Of a stretch of DNA of 64,000 nucleotides, positions 9,444-19,836 are shown piece by piece. How positions within the stretch are numbered: the first letter of the stretch is position 1; the number at the start of each line of letters is the position of its first letter. The notes under the pieces are model-generated. The model worked only from the letters and a program-made list of their open reading frames with translations, was not told the origin of the DNA and did no database searches. The DNA is from Chitinophagia bacterium (GTDB lineage Bacteria > Bacteroidota > Bacteroidia > Chitinophagales > Chitinophagaceae): the NCBI GenBank assembly GCA_037129315.1, contig JBAXVC010000008.1:32552-96551 (forward strand). Reading direction: 5' to 3'. A program made the position numbers and the translations under genes.

Positions 9444-10796
9444 TTATTTTTTATCTGATCCAGCATCATAAACAAAAAGCACACTAATTGCTGCACAGAT
9501 TAATAAAAATCCAGCCAAAACAATGGCGTATATAGATTGCCCATTGTAAATATGTTTTACAATAAACCCACCGCATATCCCATTAACAATTTGTGGTAAC
9601 GTAATAAAGAAATTAAAAATTCCCATATAGATCCCTAATTTACCAGCAGGGATTGACCCTGATAAAATAACATAAGGCATCGCTAAAATACTTGCCCAAG
9701 CCAAGCCAACTCCAATCATGGAATAAGTTAACATGGCAGGATCCTTAATAAAATAAATAGATAACAATCCAATCCCACCTGCTAATAATGAAAAAGCATG
9801 TGTCCCTTTACGACCCAAAAACCTTGCAATCAAAGGCAAACAAAGTGCATATCCTGCTGCTACTAAATTGTAAACTCCAAATGCCGAACTCACTACATTG
9901 CCTGCTGTGTTATATTCAACCGACTTTGAATAATCTCCTGTCAATCCATAAACATGTGTAGCCACTGCATCTGTCGTAAATACCCACATACTAAATAATG
10001 CAAACCAAGAAAAAAATTGCACCAATCCTAATTGCTTCATGGTGCGCGGCATATTTTTAAAATCTTTAAAAATATCCAACAAACTACTTTTTTGTTTTAC
10101 TTCAGTATCCGATTGGCCATGGTATTGCGCATATTGGTCGGGAGGATATTCTTTTGAAAAAAATACCGTCACTAAAATAGCAGCCATAAAAACAACAGCT
10201 CCTATATAAAATGAATAACGAATATTATCTGCAACTCCAGTAGGTCCCGCTTCCTGTGAAAATCCCATCTTCGCTAACATAGATGGCAATGCTGATCCCA
10301 CCACTGCACCTATTCCAATTAAAAAAGTTTGTATTGCAAAACCACTTGTTCTTTGACTTTCTGGTAAATTATCTGCCACCAATGCTCTGAATGGTTCCAT
10401 TGATACATTAAAAGAAGCATCCATGATCATTACCATACCCGCACCCATCCATAAAGTAGGTAGCACCGAAGTAAGCATTCCTGAATTGGGTAAAACTACC
10501 AATGCTATGGAAGATAATATAGCCCCTATAAAAAAATAAGGTTTTCTTCTTCCCCACTTATTCCAGGTGCGATCACTATAATGTCCAATAATGGGTTGAA
10601 TAATCATTCCTACTAAAGGAGCAACAATCCAAAACATAGGTAATTGATCTACATCTGCGCCAAATGATCTTAAGATGCGCGAAGTGTTTCCATTTTGTAA
10701 TGCAAAACCAAATTGGATTCCTAAAAATCCAAAACTCATTAAAATGATTTGCATCACCGACATCTTTGGCTTGGCCAATAAATTAGTTTGAGGCAT
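9444..10796 (-). CDS. MFS maltose/sucrose-type transporter (MalT/SLC45-like)
   Basis: GFLGIQFGFALQ, QPIIGHYSDRT, GRRKPY, MEPFRALVADN, GIYMGIFNFFITLPQI; about 12 TM segments. Confidence 0.88.
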   Translation of the reverse strand: MPQTNLLAKPKMSVMQIILMSFGFLGIQFGFALQNGNTSRILRSFGADVDQLPMFWIVAPLVGMIIQPIIGHYSDRTWNKWGRRKPYFFIGAILSSIALVVLPNSGMLTSVLPTLWMGAGMVMIMDASFNVSMEPFRALVADNLPESQRTSGFAIQTFLIGIGAVVGSALPSMLAKMGFSQEAGPTGVADNIRYSFYIGAVVFMAAILVTVFFSKEYPPDQYAQYHGQSDTEVKQKSSLLDIFKDFKNMPRTMKQLGLVQFFSWFALFSMWVFTTDAVATHVYGLTGDYSKSVEYNTAGNVVSSAFGVYNLVAAGYALCLPLIARFLGRKGTHAFSLLAGGIGLLSIYFIKDPAMLTYSMIGVGLAWASILAMPYVILSGSIPAGKLGIYMGIFNFFITLPQIVNGICGGFIVKHIYNGQSIYAIVLAGFLLICAAISVLFVYDAGSDKK

Positions 10797-10800
10797 ATAG

Positions 10801-10827
10801 AATCGTTTAAAGTGTAAAATTTACACT
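10801..10827. promoter_or_regulatory. Candidate operator upstream of the MalT-like gene
   Basis: Perfect inverted repeat AGTGTAAA-A-TTTACACT (10811-10827) next to TAAACGATT (minus strand), just upstream of the ATG. Confidence 0.4.
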
Positions 10828-10867
10828 ACAAAATACAATAAAATAATGATAGAAAAACCCCTTTTAA

Positions 10868-12151
10868 TTAAATAATAAAACCATTGGGGATAACAGCTCC
10901 TTTTTTCACTACCACTATCCCATCTTTTATAGTGTATAAAGGATGATCTATTTTTTCAAGATGCGTGCCCCCTTTAATTTGTACATCATTGCCAATAGAG
11001 CAGTTTTTATCTATGATGGCATCTTCAATGACGCATCGCTCTCCTATTCCTAAAATGGGCTGGCCCTTTTCATTTTTTTGATTGATTTGATCCATGGTTT
11101 CATAATAATCACATCCCATGATATACGTATTCTTAATGACGGTATCCTTGCCAATCCTAGATCGAATCCCGATGACAGATTTGGTGATAGAAGCTGCATG
11201 TATAATAGAACCTTCCGCAACAATCGCATGCTTAATAATAGTGCCACTAATTTTTGCAGGTGGCAACATTCTTGATCTGGTATAAACAGTTTGCGTACTA
11301 TCAAATAAATTAAATTGCGGCATTTCATCTGTTAATGAAATATTGGCCTCAAAAAAGGAATATATATTTCCAATATCTGTCCAATACCCTTCGTATTGAT
11401 AGCTTAACACTTTATAATTTGAGATGGAATCAGGAATAATTTCCTTTCCAAAATCAGTTGCGGTTGGATGCACTTCATTTAAAAATTCGTACAAAATTTC
11501 TTTATTAAAAACATAAATACCCATGGATGCTAAATAATTTCGGCCCTGCGATTGCATTACACTACCTGTATCACTTACCCAATCTTGCAAAATTTCTTTT
11601 TTTGGTTTTTCAACAAAGGAAGTAATCACTTGATCTGCGTTGGATTTTAAAATGCCAAACTCTGGGGCTTCTCGCTCTGTGACTGGAATAGTCGCAATCG
11701 TTAAGGCAGCACCACTTTTTTTATGCGCTTCAATCATATCACTAAAATCCATTTGATACAATTGATCCCCACTTAAAATTAAAACATATTCAAAATCCAT
11801 TTTTGCCAAATGCCTTAAGGATTGTCTTACTGCATCAGCAGTTCCTTGAAACCAACCTGGATTATCTGGTGTTTGTTCTGCGGCTAAAATATCTACAAAG
11901 CCCGAGCTGAAAGCGCTAAAATGATATGTGTTTTTTATATGCTGATTTAATGAAGCCGAATTAAATTGAGTCAACACAAAAATGCGATTCAAATTACTAT
12001 TAATACAATTACTAATGGGGATATCCACTAATCGGTATTTACCTGCAATAGGCACGGCAGGTTTTGATCTACTTGCAGTAAGTGGGTATAATCTTGATCC
12101 TGCACCTCCACCTAAAATAATGGAGACAGTTTGTTTTGCAAATACTGCCAT
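10868..12151 (-). CDS. glgC: Glucose-1-phosphate adenylyltransferase
   Basis: ILGGGAGSRLYPLT, RSKPAVP, WFQGTADAVR, ILSGDQLYQMD, FVEKP, LASMGIY, DFGKEIIP; beta-helix C-terminus. Confidence 0.97.
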   Translation of the reverse strand: MAVFAKQTVSIILGGGAGSRLYPLTASRSKPAVPIAGKYRLVDIPISNCINSNLNRIFVLTQFNSASLNQHIKNTYHFSAFSSGFVDILAAEQTPDNPGWFQGTADAVRQSLRHLAKMDFEYVLILSGDQLYQMDFSDMIEAHKKSGAALTIATIPVTEREAPEFGILKSNADQVITSFVEKPKKEILQDWVSDTGSVMQSQGRNYLASMGIYVFNKEILYEFLNEVHPTATDFGKEIIPDSISNYKVLSYQYEGYWTDIGNIYSFFEANISLTDEMPQFNLFDSTQTVYTRSRMLPPAKISGTIIKHAIVAEGSIIHAASITKSVIGIRSRIGKDTVIKNTYIMGCDYYETMDQINQKNEKGQPILGIGERCVIEDAIIDKNCSIGNDVQIKGGTHLEKIDHPLYTIKDGIVVVKKGAVIPNGFII

Positions 12152-12184
12152 GATGATTTAATTTATTATAAATAAACAATTTTG

Positions 12185-13597
12185 TTATAATGATTCATAC
12201 ACTTTTTTATATTCATGCACTACCGATTCCCAACTATGATCAATCGACATACATTGTTGTATCAATTTAGTTAATTTATCTTTATCCTCATACAATTCAA
12301 TAGCCCTTTCTACCGAATACACAATGTCTTGTTCATCCGCATTTAAAAATTTGATTCCAAACCCATTAGGATCACCCATATCAATCACTGTATCATGCAA
12401 GCCCCCTGTATCCCTTACCATCGGGATAGTCCCATAGCGTAAGGCATACATTTGATTTAAGCCACAAGGTTCTACCCTGCTGGGCATTAATAAAAAATCG
12501 GCACCTGCATATGCCTCATGTCCAATTTTTTCATCGTAGCCCATCCAACAATTATAATTTCCAGGAAATAATTGTGTCAAATAATTCAGTGCCGATTCTA
12601 TTGCTGTATCTCCGGCACCAATAACGAAAAAATTAGCGCCCCCTTTTGTTTTATCTAATGCATGTTGAATGGCGCCAGGTAAAACATCTGCTGCTTTTTC
12701 ACCCACCAATCTGCCAATAAAAACAATCAATGGCTTGGTACGATCTAAATGATACTTAGCACAAAGTGCATCTTTATTTTTTTGCTTTCCTACCATAAAA
12801 CTATCCTTGTCATAATGAAATTGAACCATAGGATCGCTAGCAGGATTCCAAATTTCGTTGTCTATTCCATTTAATATTCCCTGACATTTACCTTGTTCAT
12901 TTTCAAATAAAGATTCTAACCCATTGGATTGGTATTTTAATTGACGCATATAGGTTTCACTCACGGTGGTTACCTTATCGGCACATTTAATTCCAGTTGC
13001 TAATGAATTAATTTGATGATTCCATTCTAATAAACCTTGTTTCCAAGGATCCCATTTAGGCAAGACTGTACTTTTAGTCCAATCCATCACCCCATGATAC
13101 TGCGCATTATGAATGGTAAGTAGTGTTTTAATCCCTTTTAATTTTTGATAATCATAACAGTATTTCATCATAAAAGCAATGAGTCCTGCTTGATGATCAT
13201 GACAGTGTATGATATTGGGTAATTTTTCCCATTGTGACAACCAATTGACAACTGCTACTTGAAATCCAAGAAATCGATTGGTATCATCCTCGTATCCATA
13301 AATTTGAGGTCGGTCTAATAAGCCATTGATGTCTACTAAATATAATGAGTACCCTAATTTACCTGATCTTTCCTTAATAATGGTGTACTCAAAAAACCAA
13401 TCCCCTAGATTGGTTTTCCCTTTAAATTGGGTATCCCATTCATTATTTTTTAAAAAAGGAGTAGCATACATGGGCATGACCACCATTGCTTCATCGCCTA
13501 ATTTTTTTTGATATTTAGGTAGTGCTCCCACTACATCCCCTAATCCTCCTGCTTTCGCCATTGGATAACATTCCGCACTGACATGAACTACTACCAT
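12185..13597 (-). CDS. glgA: Glycogen synthase (full-length GT5)
   Basis: KAGGLGDVV ADP-glucose motif, IHCHDHQA, GILNGID, GRLVGEK, MPSRVEPCGLNQMYA. Confidence 0.95.
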   Translation of the reverse strand: MVVVHVSAECYPMAKAGGLGDVVGALPKYQKKLGDEAMVVMPMYATPFLKNNEWDTQFKGKTNLGDWFFEYTIIKERSGKLGYSLYLVDINGLLDRPQIYGYEDDTNRFLGFQVAVVNWLSQWEKLPNIIHCHDHQAGLIAFMMKYCYDYQKLKGIKTLLTIHNAQYHGVMDWTKSTVLPKWDPWKQGLLEWNHQINSLATGIKCADKVTTVSETYMRQLKYQSNGLESLFENEQGKCQGILNGIDNEIWNPASDPMVQFHYDKDSFMVGKQKNKDALCAKYHLDRTKPLIVFIGRLVGEKAADVLPGAIQHALDKTKGGANFFVIGAGDTAIESALNYLTQLFPGNYNCWMGYDEKIGHEAYAGADFLLMPSRVEPCGLNQMYALRYGTIPMVRDTGGLHDTVIDMGDPNGFGIKFLNADEQDIVYSVERAIELYEDKDKLTKLIQQCMSIDHSWESVVHEYKKVYESL

Positions 13598-13703
13598 TTC
13601 ATTACTTCATTTGATTTTAAATTTACTAAAAAGTCATTGAAAGTCAATAAAATATTTAAGGATTCATTTACCCTAAAATGTACATTCAATTATTATTTTA
13701 AGT

Positions 13704-13734
13704 ATTTTACACAATCGAAAAACGATAAACGATT
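13704..13734. promoter_or_regulatory. Candidate operator upstream of the GluP-like gene
   Basis: ATTTTACAC-AATCGAAAAACGA-TAAACGATT shares both submotifs with the malT upstream region. Confidence 0.38.
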
Positions 13735-13749
13735 AAACTAACGAATGTT

Positions 13750-15360
13750 ATGAGCCAAACCAAACAAACTACCAACACAGGCGCTTTAAGTACATTAGTG
13801 CTTGTTTTCTTCTTTTGGGGATTTATTGCAGCCTCCAATAGTATTTTCATCCCTTTTTGCAAAACCCATTTTAACCTAAGTCAATTTGAATCACAATTGA
13901 TTGGTTCTGCATTTTATGGTGCCTATTTTATTGGGTCCTTAATTTTATTTTTATGTTCCAATCTAATTGGATATGATATTTTAAATAAGATTGGCTATAA
14001 AAAGGGAATCATTTATGGCTTATGGATTTCGGTGGTGGGTGCATTATTAATTATACCCGCAGCGAATGCCAATTCATTTCCTGCTATTTTAGCTGCCTTT
14101 TTTGTAGTGGCACTTGGCTTTTCATTACAACAAACAGCAGCGCAACCTTTTGCTATTTTATTAGGCGACCCTGCTACTGGCTCACACCGCTTAAACCTAG
14201 GTGGTAGCTTAAACAGTATTGGTACCACCATTGGACCATTAATTGTAAGCTTTTTCCTATTTGGTAGCCCAGACAGCAAAAACAGTGTTGTTACTGTGAC
14301 AAATATTAATTTATTATACATTATTGTAGCCAGCGTATTTGCTGCTGTGGCCATATTTTTTAGTTTGTCTAAAAAATTACCTGATGGCAAGAATGAAGAA
14401 AAATTTGAATCTGCTAACAAAGCAGCAGGATCTCTTTTAGTGATGACTTTATTAATTGGCGCTATAATAGTAGTAGGTCAATTGACAAATGTTCCTAAAT
14501 TAAACTTGCTCATCATGACTTTACTGTCAGTGATCGTTGTCTTATTTTATTCTAATAATAGCGCCATCAAAAATGATGCAGGTTGGGGCGCAATGAAATA
14601 CCAACAATTGATTTATGGCATGATCGCCATCTTTATTTATGTGGGTGTGGAAGTAACCATTGACAATAATTTTGGTGCATTATTAAAAACACCTGGATAC
14701 ATTACTGAATTAGGATTAGATGAAAGTAAAATTTCAAAATATATTTCTTTGTATTGGGGTAGTTTAATGATTGGCCGTTGGACAGGTGCAGTAAGTGTAT
14801 TTAACTTAAAAGGCACTATGAAAAAACTAATGATGATTGTGGTTCCATTTATTGCTTTCGCTGTTGTTTTAGGTGTAAGTAAAATTTATGGTAATGATAC
14901 TTCTGATCTTTACGGTTACGCCATCTGGATTGCCATTGCGATTGCTACTTTCTTTTATGGTCAAGAAAAACCAGTTAAAACATTATTCGCCGTTTCTATA
15001 TTTGCTGCTACAGCAATGCTTATTGGTGTATTTACCACAGGCATTACATCTGTATATGCATTTATGGCGGGCGGTTTAGCTTGCTCAGTTATGTGGCCTT
15101 GTATTTTTTCTTTAGGAGTAGGTGGATTAGGGAAATACACAAGTCAAGGTTCTGCCTTTTTAATTATGATGATTTTAGGCGGTGCTATCATACCACCATT
15201 ACAAGGTGTGCTTGGAGATAACCCAAGTATAGGAATGCATCAATCTTATATTTTAGCAGCAACTTGTTTTGGTATTCTTGCCTTACTTGCTTTAAAATTA
15301 AAGAGTGTATTAAAAAAACAAGGACTTGATTTTGATGCACAAGTAAGTGGTGGACATTAA
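13750..15360 (+). CDS. Glucose/galactose MFS permease (GluP/FucP family)
   Basis: FFFWGF, SAFYGAYF, GSHRLNLG, AIFIYVGVEV, YWGSLMIGR, SVMWPCIF, MMILGGAIIP. Confidence 0.88.
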   Translation: MSQTKQTTNTGALSTLVLVFFFWGFIAASNSIFIPFCKTHFNLSQFESQLIGSAFYGAYFIGSLILFLCSNLIGYDILNKIGYKKGIIYGLWISVVGALLIIPAANANSFPAILAAFFVVALGFSLQQTAAQPFAILLGDPATGSHRLNLGGSLNSIGTTIGPLIVSFFLFGSPDSKNSVVTVTNINLLYIIVASVFAAVAIFFSLSKKLPDGKNEEKFESANKAAGSLLVMTLLIGAIIVVGQLTNVPKLNLLIMTLLSVIVVLFYSNNSAIKNDAGWGAMKYQQLIYGMIAIFIYVGVEVTIDNNFGALLKTPGYITELGLDESKISKYISLYWGSLMIGRWTGAVSVFNLKGTMKKLMMIVVPFIAFAVVLGVSKIYGNDTSDLYGYAIWIAIAIATFFYGQEKPVKTLFAVSIFAATAMLIGVFTTGITSVYAFMAGGLACSVMWPCIFSLGVGGLGKYTSQGSAFLIMMILGGAIIPPLQGVLGDNPSIGMHQSYILAATCFGILALLALKLKSVLKKQGLDFDAQVSGGH

Positions 15361-15385
15361 TTGATTATCTATTTTAAATTTTAGT

Positions 15386-16339
15386 ATGGATTCGTTTGTA
15401 ATTGGGGTTGATATAGGAGGTACGGGGACTAAATTTGGTATCGTTGATAATGTGGGCAATGTTTTGTTTGCTAGTGAAATATCTACAAAAAAACACGAAC
15501 AAGTGCACACGTTCATTGATGAACTTCATCAAGAACTAAGTTTACTCATTGAAAAAGTGGGAGGCGTTGGTCGTATTAAAGGTATTGGTGTAGGTGCTCC
15601 TAATGGGAATGTATACACAGGCAATATTGAATACGCTCCCAACCTACCATGGAAAGGAATTATTCCATTGGCTCGAATGATTCAAGATAAATTTAAAATC
15701 CCTGTTCGATTAACCAATGATGCCAATGCTGCTGCTGTGGGTGAGATGATGTATGGCGCAGCTCAAGGCATGAAAGATTTTATCATGATTACTTTGGGAA
15801 CGGGCGTTGGAAGTGGTATTGTAGCCAATGGACAATTAATATACGGGCACGATGGTTTTGCTGGCGAATTAGGACATACTACTATTATTCCTAATGGTCG
15901 ATTACATGCTGGCACTGGCAAAAGAGGATCCCTTGAAAGTTACGCATCTGCTACAGGAGTGGCTGAATCTGCTATTGAAATTCTTGAAAAAACAGACCGC
16001 CCTAGTATATTAAGAGATATTCCTAAAGCACAATTAAATTCTAAAGCTGTTTTTGAAGCTGCTACCAAAGGGGACGAAGTAGCCAAAGAGGTTTTTGATT
16101 TTACAGGAAAAATTTTAGGAATGGCTTTGGCTAATTTTGTGATGTTCTCAAGTCCGGAAGCGATTATATTATTTGGAGGTTTAACCAAGGCAGGTGATTT
16201 GATTTTAAAACCTACACGCGAACATCTAGAAGCGAATGTGATTGAAATTTTCCAAAATAAAGTAAAGATATTAGTAAGCCACTTAAAAGAATCGGATGCC
16301 GCCATATTAGGCGCTAGCGCATTAATGTGGGAATTATAA
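15386..16339 (+). CDS. ROK-family hexokinase (probable glucokinase)
   Basis: GVDIGGT, NDANAAA, TLGTGVGSG, GELGH, GSLESYAS. The Cys-rich Zn motif is replaced by RLHAGTGKRG, as in Bacteroidota ROK kinases. Confidence 0.88.
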   Translation: MDSFVIGVDIGGTGTKFGIVDNVGNVLFASEISTKKHEQVHTFIDELHQELSLLIEKVGGVGRIKGIGVGAPNGNVYTGNIEYAPNLPWKGIIPLARMIQDKFKIPVRLTNDANAAAVGEMMYGAAQGMKDFIMITLGTGVGSGIVANGQLIYGHDGFAGELGHTTIIPNGRLHAGTGKRGSLESYASATGVAESAIEILEKTDRPSILRDIPKAQLNSKAVFEAATKGDEVAKEVFDFTGKILGMALANFVMFSSPEAIILFGGLTKAGDLILKPTREHLEANVIEIFQNKVKILVSHLKESDAAILGASALMWEL

Positions 16340-16361
16340 AAATTTATTTACCCATCTATAT

Positions 16362-16395
16362 AAAAAAGAAGTCACTTGCTAGTGGCTCCTTTTTA
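16362..16395. terminator. Bidirectional intrinsic terminator
   Basis: AAAAAGAAGTCACT-tgct-AGTGGCTCCTTTTT between the convergent ROK and lipA genes. Confidence 0.75.
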
Positions 16396-16404
16396 TTTTA
16401 TAAG

Positions 16405-17334
16405 TTACAAGTTTTTAAGTTGCTGTTCTTCCTGCCACTTTGTTTTTCCCCAACCTTGAATCACATGTTTTTCACTATGATAAGATGACCTTACTAATGG
16501 ACCACTTTCAACATAATCAAATCCGAGCTCATACCCTATCTGTCTTAGTTCTGCAAATTCATCTGGATGCACAAATCTTTGTACTGCTAAATGTTTTTTA
16601 GTGGGTTGCAAATATTGTCCTAAAGTGAGTACATCACATCCTACTCCTATTAAATCCTTCATTGTTTGTATCACTTCTGATTTCTCTTCACCAATACCTA
16701 ACATCATTCCGGTCTTGGTGCGCATCCCTCCTAATTTTAAAGTTTCTAACACTTTTAAACTGCGCCTATATTTTGCTTGTACCCTTACTTTTTGCGTATT
16801 ACGTTCCACGGTTTCCATATTATGGCTTACTACTTCAGGTGCTGCATCAATGATGCGTTGTATTTGATCAGGGATGCCCCTAAAATCAGGTATTAAAGTT
16901 TCCAAGGTCGTATCAGGTGATAATGCTTTGATGGCTCTAATGGTATTAAACCAAATAATAGAACCCCCATCAGGTAATTCATCCCTATCCACACTAGTTA
17001 AAACAGCATGCTTCACTTTCATTAATAAAATGGCTTCGGCTACTCTTTGTGGCTCATCCCATTCCACTGGTTTGGGCCGTCCTGTAGCCACTGCACAAAA
17101 TTGACAACTTCGAGTACAAATATTACCTAAGATCATAAAAGTAGCAGTGCCTTCGCCCCAGCATTCTCCCATATTGGGGCAATTTCCACTTTCACAAATG
17201 GTATGTAATTTATGTTTGTCCACTAATCCCCTGACATGTTTATAGCTTTCCCCGATAGGTAGTTTTACCCTAAGCCAATCTGGCTTTTTAATTCGAGGTT
17301 CTTCGTTGGGTAAAAGGATTGGTATTGATGACAT
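16405..17334 (-). CDS. lipA: Lipoyl synthase
   Basis: [22 protein letters not shown] (CX4CX5C), CTRSCQFC (radical SAM), RSSYH. Start moved to ATG 17334 because the ORF-track extension contains the promoter. Confidence 0.97.
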   Translation of the reverse strand: MSSIPILLPNEEPRIKKPDWLRVKLPIGESYKHVRGLVDKHKLHTICESGNCPNMGECWGEGTATFMILGNICTRSCQFCAVATGRPKPVEWDEPQRVAEAILLMKVKHAVLTSVDRDELPDGGSIIWFNTIRAIKALSPDTTLETLIPDFRGIPDQIQRIIDAAPEVVSHNMETVERNTQKVRVQAKYRRSLKVLETLKLGGMRTKTGMMLGIGEEKSEVIQTMKDLIGVGCDVLTLGQYLQPTKKHLAVQRFVHPDEFAELRQIGYELGFDYVESGPLVRSSYHSEKHVIQGWGKTKWQEEQQLKNL

Positions 17335-17357
17335 ATTAATCTTGTAATAACTAGGCA

Positions 17358-17365
17358 CAAAAATA
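17358..17365 (-). promoter_or_regulatory. -7 promoter box of lipA
   Basis: TATTTTTGTGCC 23 nt upstream of the ATG. Confidence 0.7.
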
Positions 17366-17482
17366 CATGACTTGTGTTTAAAAATGAAGATTAAATTCAA
17401 CTATTAATGACAAAAATTAAATCTTATCTTTATACAAGGTGAATGCATTCATAGCACTCATTTAAATAAAATATAAACCCCA

Positions 17483-18754
17483 ATGGAAAAGTACGGAAAG
17501 ATATTATTGATTGTGATGCCTCTATTTTTTACTTTAATATTAATTGAAAAATGGTATGGCTGGTATTTCAAAAAGGAAAAAGTGAACAATATGGATACGG
17601 TAAGTAGTCTTACTTCCGCCATCACGATGATCACTAAAAATGTATTGGGACTAAGCATTACCATTATAAGTTATAGCTGGATTGAAGAAAGAATTGCTTT
17701 AACCCATATCACATCCACTTGGCTAACTTATGTTATTGCATTTGTAGCACTTGATTTTTCGCATTATTGGGTACACCGCATTGATCATGCCAATAATTTT
17801 TTCTGGAATAGCCATATTGTACATCATAGTAGTGAAGAATTTGATTTGGCCTGCGCCGTTCGCCAACCTATTTCATCTTTTGTAAAAATATTTTCCTTCT
17901 TCATGATTCCGGCAGCCTTATTGGGTATTTCACCAATAGTGGTTGCAACAGTGACACCCATTCAATTTTTTGCACAGTTTTGGTACCATACCAGGTACAT
18001 TAATCGTATGGGATTTTTAGAAAAGATTTTAGTCACTCCATCACACCATAGAGTACACCATGCTTTTAACAATGAATACCTTGATAAAAATTTAGCGCAA
18101 ATATTTATAATCTGGGATAAAATGTTTGGGACATTCATGGAAGAAAGAGCAGATATTCCTCCAGTATATGGCATTACGCGTCCTATGAGAACTTGGAACC
18201 CCATAAGAATCAACTTTATTCATATGTGGCTTTTGATTAGTGATGCATGGCGTGCAAGTAGCTTTGTTGATAAAATGAATGTTTGGTTTAAACCTACTGG
18301 TTGGCGACCAAATGATGTTGCAGAAAAAAACCCTGTCTTTAAAATTGATGATGTTTATAATTTTGACAAGTACAACACCAATCAAAATTCTAATTTCGTA
18401 GTTTGGGTTTGGTTGCAACTCATTGTCATTTTTATTGGCGTTGCTTTTATGTTGGGCAACATCGCCAATATTGGAATTCCTAACATGTTTATTTATGGTG
18501 CTTTTATTTTTATATATGTATACGCATTAACGGACCTAATGGATGGCAGCAAGTATGCTTATGTATGGGAAATATTAAAATGCGTATTTGGGTTAGGTAT
18601 TATTTATTTTATAGGCGATTGGTTTGGAGCAAGCAAACATATTGCCCAACTCAACTCGATAATAGTGGTGTATTTTATACTTTCCTTAGTGGTCAGCATT
18701 CGCTTAAACTCAAATAACCAAAACCTAGCAACATTTCAAAACAAGGCGATTTAA
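17483..18754 (+). CDS. Fatty acid hydroxylase/sterol desaturase superfamily protein, alkylglycerol monooxygenase-like
   Basis: His boxes HYWVH, HIVHHSSEE, WYH, HHRVHH; WDKMFGTF; PVYGITRP and FKPTGWRP; additional C-terminal TM helices. Confidence 0.8.
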   Translation: MEKYGKILLIVMPLFFTLILIEKWYGWYFKKEKVNNMDTVSSLTSAITMITKNVLGLSITIISYSWIEERIALTHITSTWLTYVIAFVALDFSHYWVHRIDHANNFFWNSHIVHHSSEEFDLACAVRQPISSFVKIFSFFMIPAALLGISPIVVATVTPIQFFAQFWYHTRYINRMGFLEKILVTPSHHRVHHAFNNEYLDKNLAQIFIIWDKMFGTFMEERADIPPVYGITRPMRTWNPIRINFIHMWLLISDAWRASSFVDKMNVWFKPTGWRPNDVAEKNPVFKIDDVYNFDKYNTNQNSNFVVWVWLQLIVIFIGVAFMLGNIANIGIPNMFIYGAFIFIYVYALTDLMDGSKYAYVWEILKCVFGLGIIYFIGDWFGASKHIAQLNSIIVVYFILSLVVSIRLNSNNQNLATFQNKAI

Positions 18755-18801
18755 TTAATAAAACAAATTAGTAATTATTTACCAATAACTCAATCATTAC
18801 A

Positions 18802-19209
18802 ATGACCGCAACCGTAACTTACGAATCCAATTTAAGAACTACCTGCTTACATCTTCAAAGTGGTTCTAATTTCGAAACAGATGCCCCTACTGATAACAAA
18901 GGAAAGGGGGAACGATTTTCACCCACCGATTTAATTGCAACTGGACTTGGTGCTTGTATGATTACGACAATGGGCATTAAAGCGGAATCAATGAATATTG
19001 CATTAGATGGCGCCAAAGTGGAGGTCACTAAAGTAATGGTTTCAGACCCAAGACGTATTGGTAAAATTATTACCCATCTTACAATACCTGCTGGATTAAA
19101 TTTAGATGATAAAACAAAAGAAATATTAGAGCGCGCTGCTCATCACTGCCCCGTAGTGAAAACCTTACATCCTGAAGTGGAACTTGAAATAAGTTTTAAT
19201 TGGCAATAA
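18802..19209 (+). CDS. OsmC-family protein
   Basis: TDAPTDNKGKGERFSPTDL, GACM and HCPV conserved cysteines. Confidence 0.85.
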   Translation: MTATVTYESNLRTTCLHLQSGSNFETDAPTDNKGKGERFSPTDLIATGLGACMITTMGIKAESMNIALDGAKVEVTKVMVSDPRRIGKIITHLTIPAGLNLDDKTKEILERAAHHCPVVKTLHPEVELEISFNWQ

Positions 19210-19212
19210 CAA

Positions 19213-19806
19213 TTAGATAATACCTAGTTGCTTTATTTTTTGCAAAAGCTTGCTAACGGGTAAACCCATGACATTATAAAAATCACCTTGGATACTTTGA
19301 ATACCCACCACCCCAATCCATTCTTGAATAGCATATCCTCCTGCTTTATCAAAGGGCTTGTAATTTTCAACATAAAATTCAATTTGCTCCTTTGTTAATT
19401 CGTGAAAAGTAACATTAGTGGTTTCGCTAAATGAATGGGATTGTCCTTGGTATAAAACCACGACACCTGTAATCACTTGATGCGACTTACCTGATAAAGC
19501 TTGTAAGGAAGTAATGGCTTCACTCGCATCGGACGGTTTTCCTAATACTGCGCCTTCCAAAACTACAATGGTATCTGCGGCTACAATACATTGATCAAAA
19601 TGTCCTCCCGTATTTGCTTTCATTTTAGCTTGAACTGCTTTTGCTTTATTTGCCGCTATAAATACGGGCACTTCTTGCATTGCTAAATTGCTTGGATAAG
19701 ATTCATCAGCATCAGATACGATCACTTCAAAAGGAACATGTGTCCATTCAAGTAACATTTTCCGCCTAGGAGATTGAGATGCTAAAATGAGGGGTTGTAT
19801 TTTCAT
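19213..19806 (-). CDS. maf: Maf-family nucleotide pyrophosphatase
   Basis: ILASQSPRR, AADTIV, LSGKSHQVITGV, KAGGYAIQ, NVMGLP. Confidence 0.93.
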   Translation of the reverse strand: MKIQPLILASQSPRRKMLLEWTHVPFEVIVSDADESYPSNLAMQEVPVFIAANKAKAVQAKMKANTGGHFDQCIVAADTIVVLEGAVLGKPSDASEAITSLQALSGKSHQVITGVVVLYQGQSHSFSETTNVTFHELTKEQIEFYVENYKPFDKAGGYAIQEWIGVVGIQSIQGDFYNVMGLPVSKLLQKIKQLGII

Positions 19807-19836
19807 AAATCAAATTACAAATAGCTAATTGATGAA

